The translations under genes were made by a program, and so were the position numbers. From Cycas panzhihuaensis (lineage: Eukaryota > Plantae > Cycadophyta), in assembly GCA_023213395.1 (NCBI GenBank), contig CM041465.1, positions 32,433,741 through 32,497,740 on the forward strand: DNA of 64,000 nucleotides, read 5' to 3'. Positions 51,327-64,000 of this stretch are shown here, in pieces. Below the pieces are notes generated by a model. The model searched no databases. It was not told the DNA's origin and worked only from the letters and a program-made list of their open reading frames with translations. Every line of letters starts with the position of its first letter. Positions within the stretch are counted from its first letter, which is position 1.

Positions 51327-53350
51327 TGAAGCATAGTAATCAAGATAATGAATCATAATATATCATGAGGATTATGAAGATTATGTAAAAAAATCATATA
51401 ATATAAAGTAAATATATCAAGCAATATCATATGCATAAAGTAATAAACATATCAATAAGCATGCAATAAGCATCACCATAAGAGACAGCAGATTTATATG
51501 TGAAAAACTCAAAAATAAAAAAAAAAAAATGAGAAATTTAAAATCATTAAGATCTCCTCTTTATTATATTAAATGAATTATATTATCAGTTCAATGACCT
51601 TTCTAAAGTTTTAAAGTGATGTGTGTACATATTTATAGATTATGTTACCTCATGAATAACATATAATATATTAGATCCTTTTCATCATTTAATAGAATTT
51701 GTACATGGATATATGTACTTGTCACATCTCTTAATACTTTTATGTGTGGGATTGTATAGGTCTATAACCTTATATTAAACATTAGATATGTGAGAATAAT
51801 CACATATTCCAATACTACCTCTTAATGTTTAATATCTTTAACTCTTCAAGTTTGCAATCTTCATCCTTAGTCTTTAATATCTTCATGTTTTTCCTATATG
51901 TTAAAATTTATAAACCTGTATCAAATTGTATCAATCAAAATTAAGTTGAATAAAGTTATATCCTCTATAACCTATAAATTTATCAATATCATGCTTGTCT
52001 CCTATAAGTAATTATCCTGTAATTATTTATAGTCATTTATGACCATTAGTGACCAACTATAAATAATCATGACCAATGACCTATAAAACTTGCAAAGTCA
52101 TCAATTAATTAAATAACTAATCTTAATTCATAACTTTCACTTGTCATATTTATATCAACTTTTTTCCTCAACAACTTCATATCTTCACCTATAAAGCTAT
52201 GATAACATCAATATTATCAACTTATCATCTCATCAAACTCTCATAAATAAATGATTACTAATGTCCATATAAAATAACAACCATCTACTAAAATGCATGG
52301 GTTACTAGCCACTGTAATTGCTAATTCTCTAAGAAGTATTTCTTATACATGGTTCATCAACAAACAAAATAAAACTAGTTGTTAGGGCAATATGTTGTAA
52401 AAAAGTAACATGAATATCTTGTCTCTTATATATGAGAATAACAACACTTGGTATATGTTGTACAAAAGTAGCATCATTCATCTCGCTTCTTATGTACAAG
52501 AAAATTTGTGTGTTAACTCCATCAATGTTTCTACATATATCTTCTATAGTTTTATTTGGAAAACCAATAAATATCATCAACATCAATAATAAATGGAACA
52601 TACTAACTTTGAGAATAGGGTGTACCATCTAACCAAGACAAGTTAGTTGTAATAAGGTAATATAAATAGTGTATTTTATTATCTCTTGTCATACATAGTA
52701 AGTCAAATTTCTCATTGATAAACATATATCTAATATCTATAAATTGGACTCCTCAAAAGCTCAATTTAATATGCCAAGTAATAAATATATGAGACTTGTC
52801 CATGTGTCATAAATAGGTGGAAATATCAACATCTCAACAACTAACTTTCTAATATCAACTATAAATAAATATGTCCCTTCATTAGGTGGTGTCATTAATA
52901 TCATTTATTCATACATCAATAAATTAGGTGATTGTGTCATTTAAATAGTGTTGTATACTACTAAACCAAATGTGATAAATACCAAGGGGAATTTTATTCA
53001 TGTCTGGTATATCTAAGATACCCATAATAAATATTTTCATCAAATATGTCCCACATCTTGAATGTTTCATAAGTTTTAAGCTTTCAAATATCATTAATGA
53101 GCCTTAAATATCTTCATTTTAAACTAAACTTACTTTTTCTTTCTTTAACAATTATCAATCTCATTAGCATGATCCTAGGAGCATTTAAATTATCAAAATA
53201 TACCAAATCAAATATGAATTTACTTAAAAAATGCATCTTTTATAAAGTTAAAACTACTCTTCTCAACTTTACCCATTAAAATCTTTATTATCTAATTTCT
53301 AGAATATGTCTAATGACCACTCATTTTAACCATCTTGAAACTCTGTTTCT
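51327..53350 (-). mobile_element. Old non-autonomous Copia-like element: LTR ~51327-51814, PPT 51815-51827, and a decayed gag-like region at ~53030-53290
   Basis: The minus-strand junction CATTAAGAGGTAG|TATTGGAATAT mirrors CATTAAGAGGGAG|TGTTGGAATAT at 63604-63627. Weak gag trace (ETFKMWDIFDENI). Confidence 0.5.
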
Positions 53351-53564
53351 AACATAACTAATGATTTAAGAAATGGACTGTTGGATGAAAAATTGTGATA
53401 AAAATGCATCATTATGTCCTAAAAAATCAAGCATCTCATTAGAAAATGATTAAGCCCATTTACTATTGGTCATTAGTTACATTATGGTTCTATGTGACCA
53501 TCTACGAACTAGAGGGGGCTAAAGGATGGGTCTTAAAATCTATCTAATTTTAATTTAATATAAT

Positions 53565-53619
<55 letters not shown>

Positions 53620-53661
53620 ACGTGTGTGTGTGTATGTATGTGTGTATGTGTGTGTGTGTAT
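53565..53661. repeat. Compound microsatellite (TC)n(TA)n(TG)n
   Basis: Seen directly. Confidence 0.97.
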
Positions 53662-56107
53662 ACATCACTTATTAAAATTTGACATCTACCACTTCATTGG
53701 ATTTTAAGCAATTATCAAACCCAACTTAATTTTTGAAACTATAGGTAATTTCTTTTTACCTAGGTTAAATTTTACCCTATTTGTGTAGCGACCTACAACT
53801 CTGAATTTATCTAACTTGTATGATTTTGGATTGATTGACCATTGGAATGGATTTTTAATATTTTATAGTGGCAACTATTTATGGTATAAATAACTCAGTG
53901 ATTTCATTCATATTTGGGAGCAAATATAGTGGTATAGATGGTGTTAGGTGGTGATTTCTCCAAATGGATGATTAGGTGATTTCTCTAGGAGAAAATTTGA
54001 TAATGATAGCTATAGCATAGGGCCAATTAGTGTAAACAGATAAATCCTCATGTTAAGAGTAATGTCCATGGGTAGATGAATGGTAGATACAATATAGACA
54101 AATAGTGGAAAATATAATCATGGCATCATAGATTATATATGATTGGTAGTTGTGGCCACTCTTAGTGATGGTAGTATGAATATTAATGGTAATAGTCAAA
54201 CTTTTCATAATATGTATCACATAAATAGTAGATTGAAATAAGGGCACTTCAATTTTTTATGCAATGGCTATAAAGGTAAATGTAAGGCATGATCTCTAAG
54301 TCTTTGTATACTCCTCAATCTTATTTATCAAATAGGCATCCATATCATATTGGAATATTAATGCATATTTGTTTTGTCCCACATGTAAGTGGATTCTACT
54401 CTCACTATACTGGCATGTATTATAAATACACAACATAGTGTATCATATTATATGTTATTGTAAGGACGTTTTATTAATATAATGGAGATACCTTAAGGGT
54501 ACCATTTGATCATGGAGGTGTTTATTTCTATTTATGAATATCTTATTGAAGGTTCTATTTTTTAACATGGTATCAGAGCACCCAGGTTGAAAGAGGTGTT
54601 TTTATTCAGTATTAGAGCAATGATTTGGGAGGTGCCATCAAGAGGTGAAAGCATATTTGAGAGAATAAATGTTGAAATTTCTAAAACGTAATGGAAAAAT
54701 TAAGATGAAATGGCTTGTTCTATAAATTTTGAGTGGTCACATTATATATTTTGGGGTGAAAGTGTGAAAATTGTAGCAAAATTAATTTTATCCTTTTTTT
54801 TTTTTATCACGGTATTTTTGGTATAGATCTACAACCTCAGCTTCAAAGAGACATAACTTTGGCTACAGGTATCTAAATTAGCTCAAATGTTTTTCAATTT
54901 TGTGCATCTTTTAATTTTCTTTCTAATGGAAGTGGTTTGGGATTCATCAAAGTTCAAAGTAAAAAGTTATTAGTAGTTTATCATAAGGTACTACTATAAT
55001 CCCTAGAAACCTTAATTGTGAAATTCTTAAAAGCGGCATAACTTTTGATTTAGATATTAGAATTTAATTTTATCTAAACCATTGAAATCATATTTCAGAG
55101 GCCATCATTTCCATGTATATTTTATGTATTTTTGAGCTATATATTTTTAAAAAAATAGGTTTTTTGGGAATTTAAAGGTTTCATATTAATATGGTGATGT
55201 GAATGAGGCAATGGTAGTGAGGTGATATAAGTGTTTTGCATTCTTAATTGGCAATAAAGTAGTGACATTTGGCATTGTCATAGTGCTATCTTGCATCTAA
55301 TTTATATAAGTTGGGTAATGTTGCAATATAAGGTGACTGTTTGAGGCTCTCTTGCATATGTTGTACATGGGAGAGTATTGTTGCAATGTGAGACAACATT
55401 AAGTCATGTTGAGGTGAATGTATTTGGCACTCTATTACTGATTTGTGGTGTATGATGGTGATTGTTTAATGGAAATTTGAGTGCTTTCTTATATATATTC
55501 GTATGAGAGAGCTATTATGATAATGACAAAGTGTGGTGATGAAGTAATAATGCATGTGTTTGTATGAATGAGTTGTATGGCATATGGCAACTTAGTGTTT
55601 CTTAGAATGTGATTTATTTGAAGGAGATTTATAGGCATGATAAGGTAAATTAGAGGACAATAAAAATGATGATTTGAGGCAATGAGGTGCTTATTACATG
55701 TGAGGTTATATGACAAGGGTAAAATTATGGTTATTTTGATGATGTTTTTTCAATTGACTGAATGCAAAGAAGGATGAGTTTTTTTAAGTTACTTGAGTTA
55801 CAAAGAAACAAACTTTGTTGAGTGGTGTTGTGGCATGAGTTGTATTTTGGGAAATTGAGTGTGGTGTGGTATGTCTTGACAATTTAATGGTGACATGTAA
55901 CATGTACGATCATTGTGAAAGTTATGAGGTATTGATTTGATGGTGTTTCAAATACTCATTGATTGTTTGGCAATATGAGAGATGGACAAGGTGATGATAT
56001 GGTGATGAAGTCAGTGATATGAGAGACATGAGACATGAGAAATTTTGTTGAAATTGATTAATAGTCTTTGGAAAAAAGGGACATTATTTAGAGGTACACT
56101 TACAATC

Positions 56108-56284
56108 ATGGAGGAAAATGATGTGGTTATGTATGCTCTTGAAATAAATGAATACTACTTAAGGGATTCATTTCTTCCAATACCTAAGTGTAATGGAGAA
56201 GACTACTTTTTTTGGACGATTAAAATGAGATGTTTTTTCATAGTTAGAGGTTTATGGAAGTTAGTTACTGATGCATGTGATACC
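56108..56284 (+). pseudogene. gag: Outer element gag N-terminus (continues at 62654)
   Basis: LPIPKCNGEDYFFWTIKMRCFFIVRGLWKLVTD, cut by the nested LTR. Confidence 0.85.
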
Positions 56285-59200
56285 TGTTAGTGTGGCAGTT
56301 AATTATTAAGCCACTTAATTAATGTTAATGTGGTTTGATTATGTGAAAAGGTGTGAGCCAATAGGTACAATTTATTCAAAGGGTCATAACCCTAAATGGG
56401 TGACACCTCTTGGAGAGTATATATGCCTTGAGGCCTTGTGTATTCTATATGGAAGTTCATTGTGAAATAATTAACGATCCCTCGAGGATCCTTTTGTGGT
56501 GGGTTTTTTTTCGAAAGGGTTTTCCCACATATATCCTATGTTTTATGCATGTCTTCTGTATATATTCTTCTTATGCTTATTATGTATGGTTAAAAGATCC
56601 TTCAAATGGGAACATATGTGTATGTTTTCATGTTCTCGAATATGGTATCAAAGTAGTAGGGTCTTTCATAACTGAAGCTTGATGGTGAGCGGGGCGGTGG
56701 AATCGTTGGTTGCCAGGTAATGCTATCTAACCCAAGCTGATTATTGAGGGTCCATCAACCCTAGCATCATGCAGAAGTAGGCACAGAAAAATTAATGGTT
56801 GTTGGAGCAGTGGAGATCATTATTCGACAGAGTGTAAGGGTTATTGGAGTCTGTATTTAGGCGTGAAGACCACGTTGGTGGTTAGAGTTAGCCCATTTAG
56901 GGTTATCTGAAGATGATTGATAATTCGTTGAGCTGATTCAAGCATGCAGAACATGTACTGATGGTGATTCAATGACATTAAGGACAACCATCTTTCCATA
57001 CAAGTAAGTTTGGGGTATTTCCACTCAAAGCATTACAAAACTCAATAAAAATAAAGCTTCTTCTGGTGCTGCCTTCGTTAGTCTGTATAAGGAAGAGATT
57101 GGAGTCTTTTTGGACAGTTTTTAGTCCTTTATACTAAGATTAAGAGAAGTACATAGTAGTATAAGGCATCTTTCACTAAAATTTTTGAGTTGTAGCATCT
57201 CTATCTGTGGGTATATGACCCCATATCTGCACTGAAAACACACTTTTGAGCCAACATCTTGGTGTTATTAAGTTGTTGGGTTGTTTGTGTGACTTGTTGA
57301 GGTGTGTGTACATTAAATAAAGGTTGTACAACTGTTCTAAGGCTATTTTTAGTGCCTTGGATGATGGCTGAGTATGTTTTGATGTGATTGGAGAATGGTT
57401 GGGTAGATTTGGGACTAGCTAGGTGCTCTTTGTGACTGTTTAGGACTGGCTGAGTTATTTTCTTAGTGTCTGAGCACCTTTAGAAGCTAGTTGGGTCATT
57501 TTCAAGGGGGTTGTTTGCCTGTTAAGGTCTGATTTGGCGCTAATCCAAGGAGGTTGGGTACATTTCCTCTTGGTTGGGCACTTTGTGTGCTAGTTTGTTG
57601 ATAACTGGGGTTCTTTAAAGGCTGTCCAAGTACTCAGCAGAAATGTCTTGGCTGCGTTGAAGCCTTACTAATCGTATGGATGATATAAACCACTTGGTGA
57701 TAACGCATAAAGCAGTAGGGTGTGTTGAATAGCCACGTCTCTCTCCTTAAGTAGTGTGACTTTTAGTGGATACTTAAGCATGTGACTTAAGTTAAAAAGG
57801 CACGAGTTCCTTGAAAAATCATTACTTTTGGAATATGCCTTTTGGCATATTCAAATCTCAATTCAACTTTATAAAAACCCTTTAAACCATTGATGCATGT
57901 CAATAGTGAGAGATACTTGATGTGTCCTTGAGCCATTTCAAGTGTAAATTAAGGAGTTTTTTTGTGATTTTTTGATTTGGAGATCGTGTACCATCATCGT
58001 ATGGAGGCATCTTTATTCTGGAGCACATGTTTTTAGCCATTTTGAAGTATCGATTATGATATTTAATGGCTATTTAAGGTCATTTATTGATGGATAAGAG
58101 GAGAAAAATAGTTAGTGGCTCACTTAACATGGGTATAATTCGTGTTCGGTCCTTTTAGAAGTGTGCTCGTAAGGCAGAGGAGGTCACAAGGGTGCATTTT
58201 TGTCCTTAATGCATTCGTATGGTGTCATGTGCTTCACATTGTAGCCCGTCATTCGAGATGGAGAAGCTTATGCCTAAAGTTATCTTTAATGATAATAATT
58301 TCAATGAATGGAAGGCTAATATGGAGCTTATTTTGATGGTGAACCAACTCTAGGGAATCACCAAGGCGAAGCTTGTTTCAGTCCAACTTGACCATAAGGA
58401 GCATATCAAACTTGAAGAGAAGCAATATATGGTCATTGGATTACTGAAACTCTCACTAGCGCCAAACCAAAGAGCTCTAGTTCACAATCTGGATGACCCC
58501 ACCGAGATTTGGACGAAGTTGTGTGATACTTTTGAGAAGAAGAAAACGAATAGGCGTCTTGCTCTAATGTTGGAACTACTCAACTCAAAAGTTGAAGATG
58601 AGAACAACATCAGCTCCTACCTGAATAAAATAACTGACTTGAAGAATAAGCTAGAAGAGTTGAAGCAGAACTTGATCGATGATGCACTTTTATTTACGAT
58701 AATCATGTCGAAACTGCTAGCTGCGTTCGCCACATTCTAGACCATTTACGATAGAGACAAAGTGATAGAGGCAGAAACTTTTGATGGGTTCAAAAACCTA
58801 ATTCATGTAGAGGGTGCCAAGCTCAAACATCATGGTTTGCTTGGGGATTCTAGTTTAAGTCAGGCCTTAGCCATGAAATCTCAAAGAAAGGAGGCCCCTA
58901 AGGAGGAGAAGATCACACAATGGTCTAGAGAAAGCTCTTAAGACAAGAAGAAGTTTAATGGAAAGTGCAATTACTGCAAGAAGGATGGTCACCGCAAGAA
59001 GAACTGTTGGTTCAAATATCGTGATAAATGTAAAGGTAACCAAGATGATAAAGAAAAGAGTGTTGAAGCTCATTGCGTATAAGCACGGACCTTGTTAGTT
59101 GAAACAGATAAGAGAGACTATTGGGTACTTGATTCTGGAGTACAGAAGCACATCTCTTACCGGAGGCAAAACTTTGATACGTTGAAATCAAATCAAAGTG

Positions 59201-62200
59201 GTGCTGAGATCGTTCTTGGAGATGCTCGTGTGTTGCCGTTTGATAGTATCGGCGAAGTTTCCATTGCAGGAGGCAAGTTTTCTGAGGTATATTATGTACC
59301 CAAGATGCAATTAAACCTTCTATTTGCTTAGGAGATCTACAAATAAGGTATGAAGGTGGAGCTCTATAATGATAAGTACCTAATAAAGGACCCAAAACAA
59401 AACTTTGTTGTCGTAACTACCAGGAAAGTTAGGGACAACTTGTGGGTGTTTGAAAAGTTTCAATCTTAGAAGAAGTCTTATGCCTTTGTTGCCAGTGCAG
59501 ATGATGAAAGTAAACTGTGGCACAATTACCTTAGGCACCTTAATTACAGGAGTATTACACTTCTAAGGAGGTTAAAGATGGTGGAAGGACTGCCATCAGT
59601 TTCCTGCTTAGATGGTGTATGCGAAGGATGCATGTATGGCAAGCATCATCGCTATCCTTTTGCTCGGGATAACGCCTAGAGAGACAAGGAGAAGCTGGAG
59701 CTTGTGTACTCAGACATTATAGGACCACTCCCAATTTGATATTAGGAGCCTAATATACACTTGTGTTTGTGGATGATTACACCATGAAAGCCTGGGTTTA
59801 TTTTCTCAAGAACAAGTCAGACGTATTTGATTACTTCCGTGATTGGAAAGCGATGGTTGAAAATGAAAGTGATAAGAAAATAAAAACTTTACGAAGTGAT
59901 AATGGTAAGGAATATGACAATCATGCATTTAATCAGTTCTATTGCAACCATGATATAAAGCTAGAGTTTACAGTCCCGTATACCCCACAACAAAATGGAG
60001 TTGTTGAAAGAAAGAACCGTACCATGATGGAGATGGCGAGGTGTATCGTGCATGATAAAAACCTGCCACTGAAGTTTTAGGCAGAAGCTGTGGCAACTTC
60101 TGTTTATATTTTAAATCGGGTACCCACTTAGGCAGTTTGTAGCATGACCCCAGAAGAGAAATGGACTGGTTAGAAGCCTACTATTAGCCATTTGAGAATA
60201 TTTTGGTGTATAGCATACACCCACATCCCTGATGATACCCGTAAGAAGTTAGATCGAAAGAGTCTGAAGTGCATATTCATGGGGTATTGCATGGAGAACA
60301 AAGCCTATAGACTATGGGACCCATAGGGGGAGAAGATTGTAGTTAGTCAGGATGTTAAATTTGATGAGTCATTGACATATCATGCTAAAAGAGCATCAAG
60401 GGAACCTTTTTACCCTCCCTTTTCCCATTCCTAGATTCTTCAAGCGAAGAGGATGATGAGCCAGTTGCTGTAGCACCTGAGGAAGTAAGACCAAGTGGGA
60501 TGAGTAATAGTGAGGAGCTGCCACGACAAGAAGTACCTCTAGCAACAGGTCCTTCTATACCTTTATAGGCAAGGAAAACTCTTGAATATTATGGTGTGGA
60601 GATGCAAATCCTAACTAATGACAGACGAACCAAAAGTTAGCATGCCAGTCGAACTCTGTTGGTAGACACCAATGACTCCAGTGATCCTGATTCGTTTGCT
60701 AAAGCGAAAGGAGATCCACGATGGAGAGCTGCAATGGAGGAAGAATATGGTTCTCTGATGAAGAATGATACATGGGATTTGGTCCCACTACCTCCATCGA
60801 AGAATCTTATTGGATGCAAGTGGGTCTATAAAACAAAGTTCCACTTTGATGGAGAGGTGGACAAGTACAAGGCCAGACTTGTTGCACAGGGATTCAAGCA
60901 GAAAAAAGGAATTGACTACAAGGAGACATTTGCACCAGTCTCTATAATGACATCAATCTGCTTAATCATTTCCTTAGCAGTTACATTAGATTGGGAGTTA
61001 CACCAGATGGACGTTAAGTCTGCATTCCTTAATGGGGGTCTAAAAGAGGAGATATACATGTCGCAACCTCTGGGATTCATTAAGGATGGCCAGGAGCATC
61101 TTGTTTGCCATCTGAAAAAGTCAATCTATGGCCTGAAACAAGCACCTCATGCTTGGTATAAGAAGATGGCTGCCAAGTTGAAAGCTGAAGGTTTTGAAAT
61201 TTCAAAACTCGACCTGAATCTATATGTGAAAAGAAGAGGGACTTCTGCAGTTGCTTGGGTGGTGTATGTGGATGATCTAATCATTGATGGTAATTATAAC
61301 AAGGCTATAGCTAAAGTCAAATCCAATTTAGGAGCTTCATTTGACATGACAGATCTTGGGAAACTTCACTATTTCTTGGGCATTCAGATTAGGTAGATGG
61401 AAGATAGGATCATGTTGTTGCAATTGCAGTATGTGAAGAACTTATTGGAAAGATTTGGGATGCAACACTACAAACCTGTTACAACACCATATGTAAAAGG
61501 CACAATATTATAGAAGGATATGGCCCAACCTTCTGTAGATAGCATGAAATATCGCCAGTTGGTAGGGAGTCTTATTTATTTAACTCATACCAGGCTAGAT
61601 ATCACATACGCTATTGGATTGGTTTCCTGCTACATGCAGAATCCATAGGAGCCTCATTTAGTGGCAGCAAAGCGAATTCTGAAATATTTAAAAGGGATAA
61701 TCAATCTTAGTCTTGAATACCGTAGAGGTGAGAAGATTAGGTTGCATGGCTATACGGATGCTGATTGGGGATGAGATTTTGACAATTAAAAGTCCACTGT
61801 TGGATACCTGTTTCGTGGCAGTCGAAGAAGCAATAGACAATGGCGCTATCTTCTATAGAAGTAGAATATCAAGGACTCAGTACTGATAAGAAAGAAGCAG
61901 TATGATTGCAAGGTCTCTTAGAATTTCTTAGCATTTCTAATGGACATCTGATTCTCTTTGTTGATAATCAGAGTACCATTCGTCTGTTGAAGAATCCAGA
62001 GTTTTATGCGTGTACAAAGCATATCGAGATTCAACACCATTACATTCATGAGCAAATCAAGTCAGGGAAACTGCAGGTCAACTATTGTCTAAGTAAATTA
62101 CAACTTGCAGACGTGTTCAACAAGCCACTCGCTGAAGACCAATTCACAAAGATACGTACCAGATTAGGATTCACTGATATTTTCCTTGAGGGGGGATGTA

Positions 62201-62653
62201 TTGATAAGGATAAAGGAGTTGCAGGATAGTCTCAACCTTCATTATAACTCAATTGTTGCACATTACAAGTTCCCCACATTCACATTAAGGGGGGATGTTA
62301 GCATGGAAGTTAATTATTAAGCCACTTAATTAATGTTAATGTGGTTTGATTATGTGAAAGGGTGTGAGCTAATATGTGCGATTTATTCGAAGGGTCATAA
62401 CCCTAAACGGGTGACACCTCTTGGAGAGTATATATACCTTGAGGCCTTGTGTATTCTATATGGAAGTTCATTGTGAAATAATTAATGATACCTCGAGGAT
62501 CCTTTTGTGGTGAGTTTTTTTCTGAAAGGGTTTTCCCACGTATATCCTATATTCTGTGCATGTCTTATATGTATATTCTTCTTGTACTTGCTGTGTATGG
62601 TTAAAAGATCCTTCGGATGGGAACATGTGTGTATGTTTTCATGTTCTCGAACA
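56285..62653 (+). mobile_element. Full-length decayed Ty1/Copia retrotransposon nested in the gag of the outer element
   Basis: 358-bp LTRs at 56285-56642 and 62296-62653. PBS TGGTATCAAAG 56643-56653, PPT AAGGGGGGA 62287-62295. Imperfect TSD (ATACC/ATCCC, overlapping the terminal A). Confidence 0.95.
58258..62186 (+). pseudogene. pol: Copia gag-pol polyprotein relic (gag, PR, INT, RT, RH)
   Basis: CNYCKKDGHRKKNC; WVLDSGVQKHI; FVDDY...LRSDNGKEY...PQQNGVVERKNRT; CKWVYKTK...YKARLVAQGF...QMDVKSAFLNG...VYVDD; TKHIEIQHH...QLADVFNK. Multiple stops and frameshifts. Confidence 0.97.
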
Positions 62654-63590
62654 TCCCTAAGGATGAAGAAGAAAAGGAAATACTTGAGAAGAAAGACAAA
62701 AAGGTATTCATCATGATTCTTACTATATTAAACAAGGTTGATCTTCCTTCCAAATATCATTTCATCATTCCTAAGGTTCAATGTATAAGTACTGCTAAGG
62801 AAGCATGGGATTTTTTAAAGGAAGTATTTGAACAAACTCCTGAAGAGATACAACGAATGATTAAAAAGGCTATTAAGGTCAGTTATAGTTATGGTACAAG
62901 TATAATGAATGAAGAAAATATCATCAACACTAATAAAACAACATGTCAAGATGAAGAATATATGAGTACTAATGAAATTTCTACTGAATGTAAATAAATG
63001 ATGGTTGAATGTATTGATGAGACTACAACTACTGATGAAGATGTTGAAAATGATGAGTTGATAAAGGTTTATATAGATGTCGCCATGATTTCAAGAGAAA
63101 TTGAATATAAATATGATGATCCTATAAAGGATGAGTCTTATATTGATGATATTCTTACTTTAAGTTTTAATTCAAGTTTGAATGATGTTCCTTCTTTGAG
63201 TATTGACTCAAGTTCAAAAAGTATGCAAGTTGATCAAGAGTCCACTCTAAAGGTTGAAGAAATCACTATTGTACATGGTGATCAAGAACTTATACAAGAT
63301 AATGATGACAAGCAAGACAGGATCTTCATCAAAATCAAACTAGACCAGCCACAATGAAGAATCTAGATTTGTACTTGCTAGAGATGCTACATCAACATCA
63401 TCACTACAAGATTGAAGATGGAAATCAAACTAAGGACATCATCTTATAAAGGCATCAGTACATAATTGAAGATAAAAATCAAGATGACATCATTCTACAT
63501 CAAAGATATCACTACAAGATTGAAGACAAGGATCAAGTTGAAGACATCCTCTTCAAGACATTTCCAAGGACAAAGCGTTGCAAATACAAA
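62654..63590 (+). pseudogene. gag: Outer element gag continuation plus long acidic tail; no zinc knuckle and no pol
   Basis: KDKKVFIMIL...IIPKVQCISTAKEAWDFLKEVF, then a D/E-rich sequence (ORFs 62617-62997 and 62998-63357, in frame, one stop). Confidence 0.8.
63400..63557 (+). repeat. 54-bp (18-codon) tandem repeat x3 before the PPT
   Basis: ATCA(C/G)TACA..ATTGAAGA at 63400, 63454 and 63508. Confidence 0.85.
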
Positions 63591-64000
63591 TGACCCAAAT
63601 GTGCATTAAGAGGGAGTGTTGGAATATTAATGCACATTTATTTTGTCCCACATGTAAGTGGATTTCACTCTCACTATATTGACATGTATTATAAATACAC
63701 AACATAGTGTATCATATTGTATGATATTATAAGGATATTTTGTTAATGTAATGGAGGTACCTTAAGGGTACCATTCGATCCTAGAGATGTTTGTTTCTAT
63801 TTGTGAATATCTTATTACAGGTTCTATTTTCTAGCATCTCATCTACTACCATGGGCATATCTTTCATTCCATTTTCTATTACCCCAACAAGATCTTCTAT
63901 GTCATCCATCCTTTGTGCTCAAAACTTTAGCTTCATATTTATTACTTTAATAACTACACCACACTTAAGGATTAATTATTTAGAAAGTAAAAAGTTCTAT

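Larger units (their letters stand above)
54348..63836 (+). mobile_element. Complete non-autonomous gag-only Copia derivative (~3.1 kb without the nested insertion)
   Basis: 220-bp LTRs at 54348-54567 and 63617-63836. PBS TGGTATCAGAGC 54568-54579, PPT AAGAGGGAG 63608-63616, TSD TATCA/TCTCA (4 of 5 match). Confidence 0.93.

Noticed and set aside
54568-54579. tRNA-Met-like sequence (also 20321, 48653, 56643, 13735)
   Set aside because: These are primer-binding sites of about 12 nt, not tRNA genes.
54853-54970. Resemblance of ATAACTT...AAGTTAT to loxP arms
   Set aside because: Only 7 bp match per arm, the spacing is ~118 bp rather than 34 bp, and no recombinase is encoded. Treated as coincidental.
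52329-56000. Short ORFs 52432, 53097, 54053 and 55489 as host exons
   Set aside because: Low-complexity I/L/F/Y-rich translations typical of AT-rich non-coding DNA or element leaders, with no coherent splice structure.
56410-56682. ORFs within LTRs (also 62507-62716, 29415-29685, 20518-20700)
   Set aside because: They lie in LTRs, are not conserved as the same ORF in partner LTRs where one exists, and have no domain motifs.

Overview
AT-rich, gene-free stretch of a large plant nuclear genome. The element types and heavy C->T/G->A decay suggest a gymnosperm-like genome, but that is inference. Almost everything recognisable is decayed retrotransposon. In order: (1) a Copia relic at 1-4615. (2) L1 and Gypsy debris at ~4.6-13.3 kb. 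(3) A nest at 13.3-26.3 kb: a minus-strand Copia contains a plus-strand gag+protease-only Gypsy, which contains a near-complete CRM-like Gypsy. (4) An L1-type LINE with RNase H, inserted into an LTR with a 12-bp TSD and then duplicated as a 6073-bp DNA-level tandem (30.96-41.89 kb). (5) A head-to-tail array of three ~3.4-kb non-autonomous Copia units sharing LTRs (41.9-50.2 kb), each encoding a Gag-N/RNaseH-tail fusion. (6) A gag-only Copia derivative (54348-63836) holding a full-length decayed Copia (56285-62653). I found no host gene, rRNA, tRNA or CRISPR array. The most interesting signals are the shared-LTR array of mini-Gag elements, a fixed-spacing ~115-120-bp dyad module (ATAACT...CTTTCYAA-N-AAGTTAT) recurring in the 5' leaders of apparently unrelated elements, and an unrecognised conserved peptide in two non-autonomous elements. 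All alignments were done by eye.
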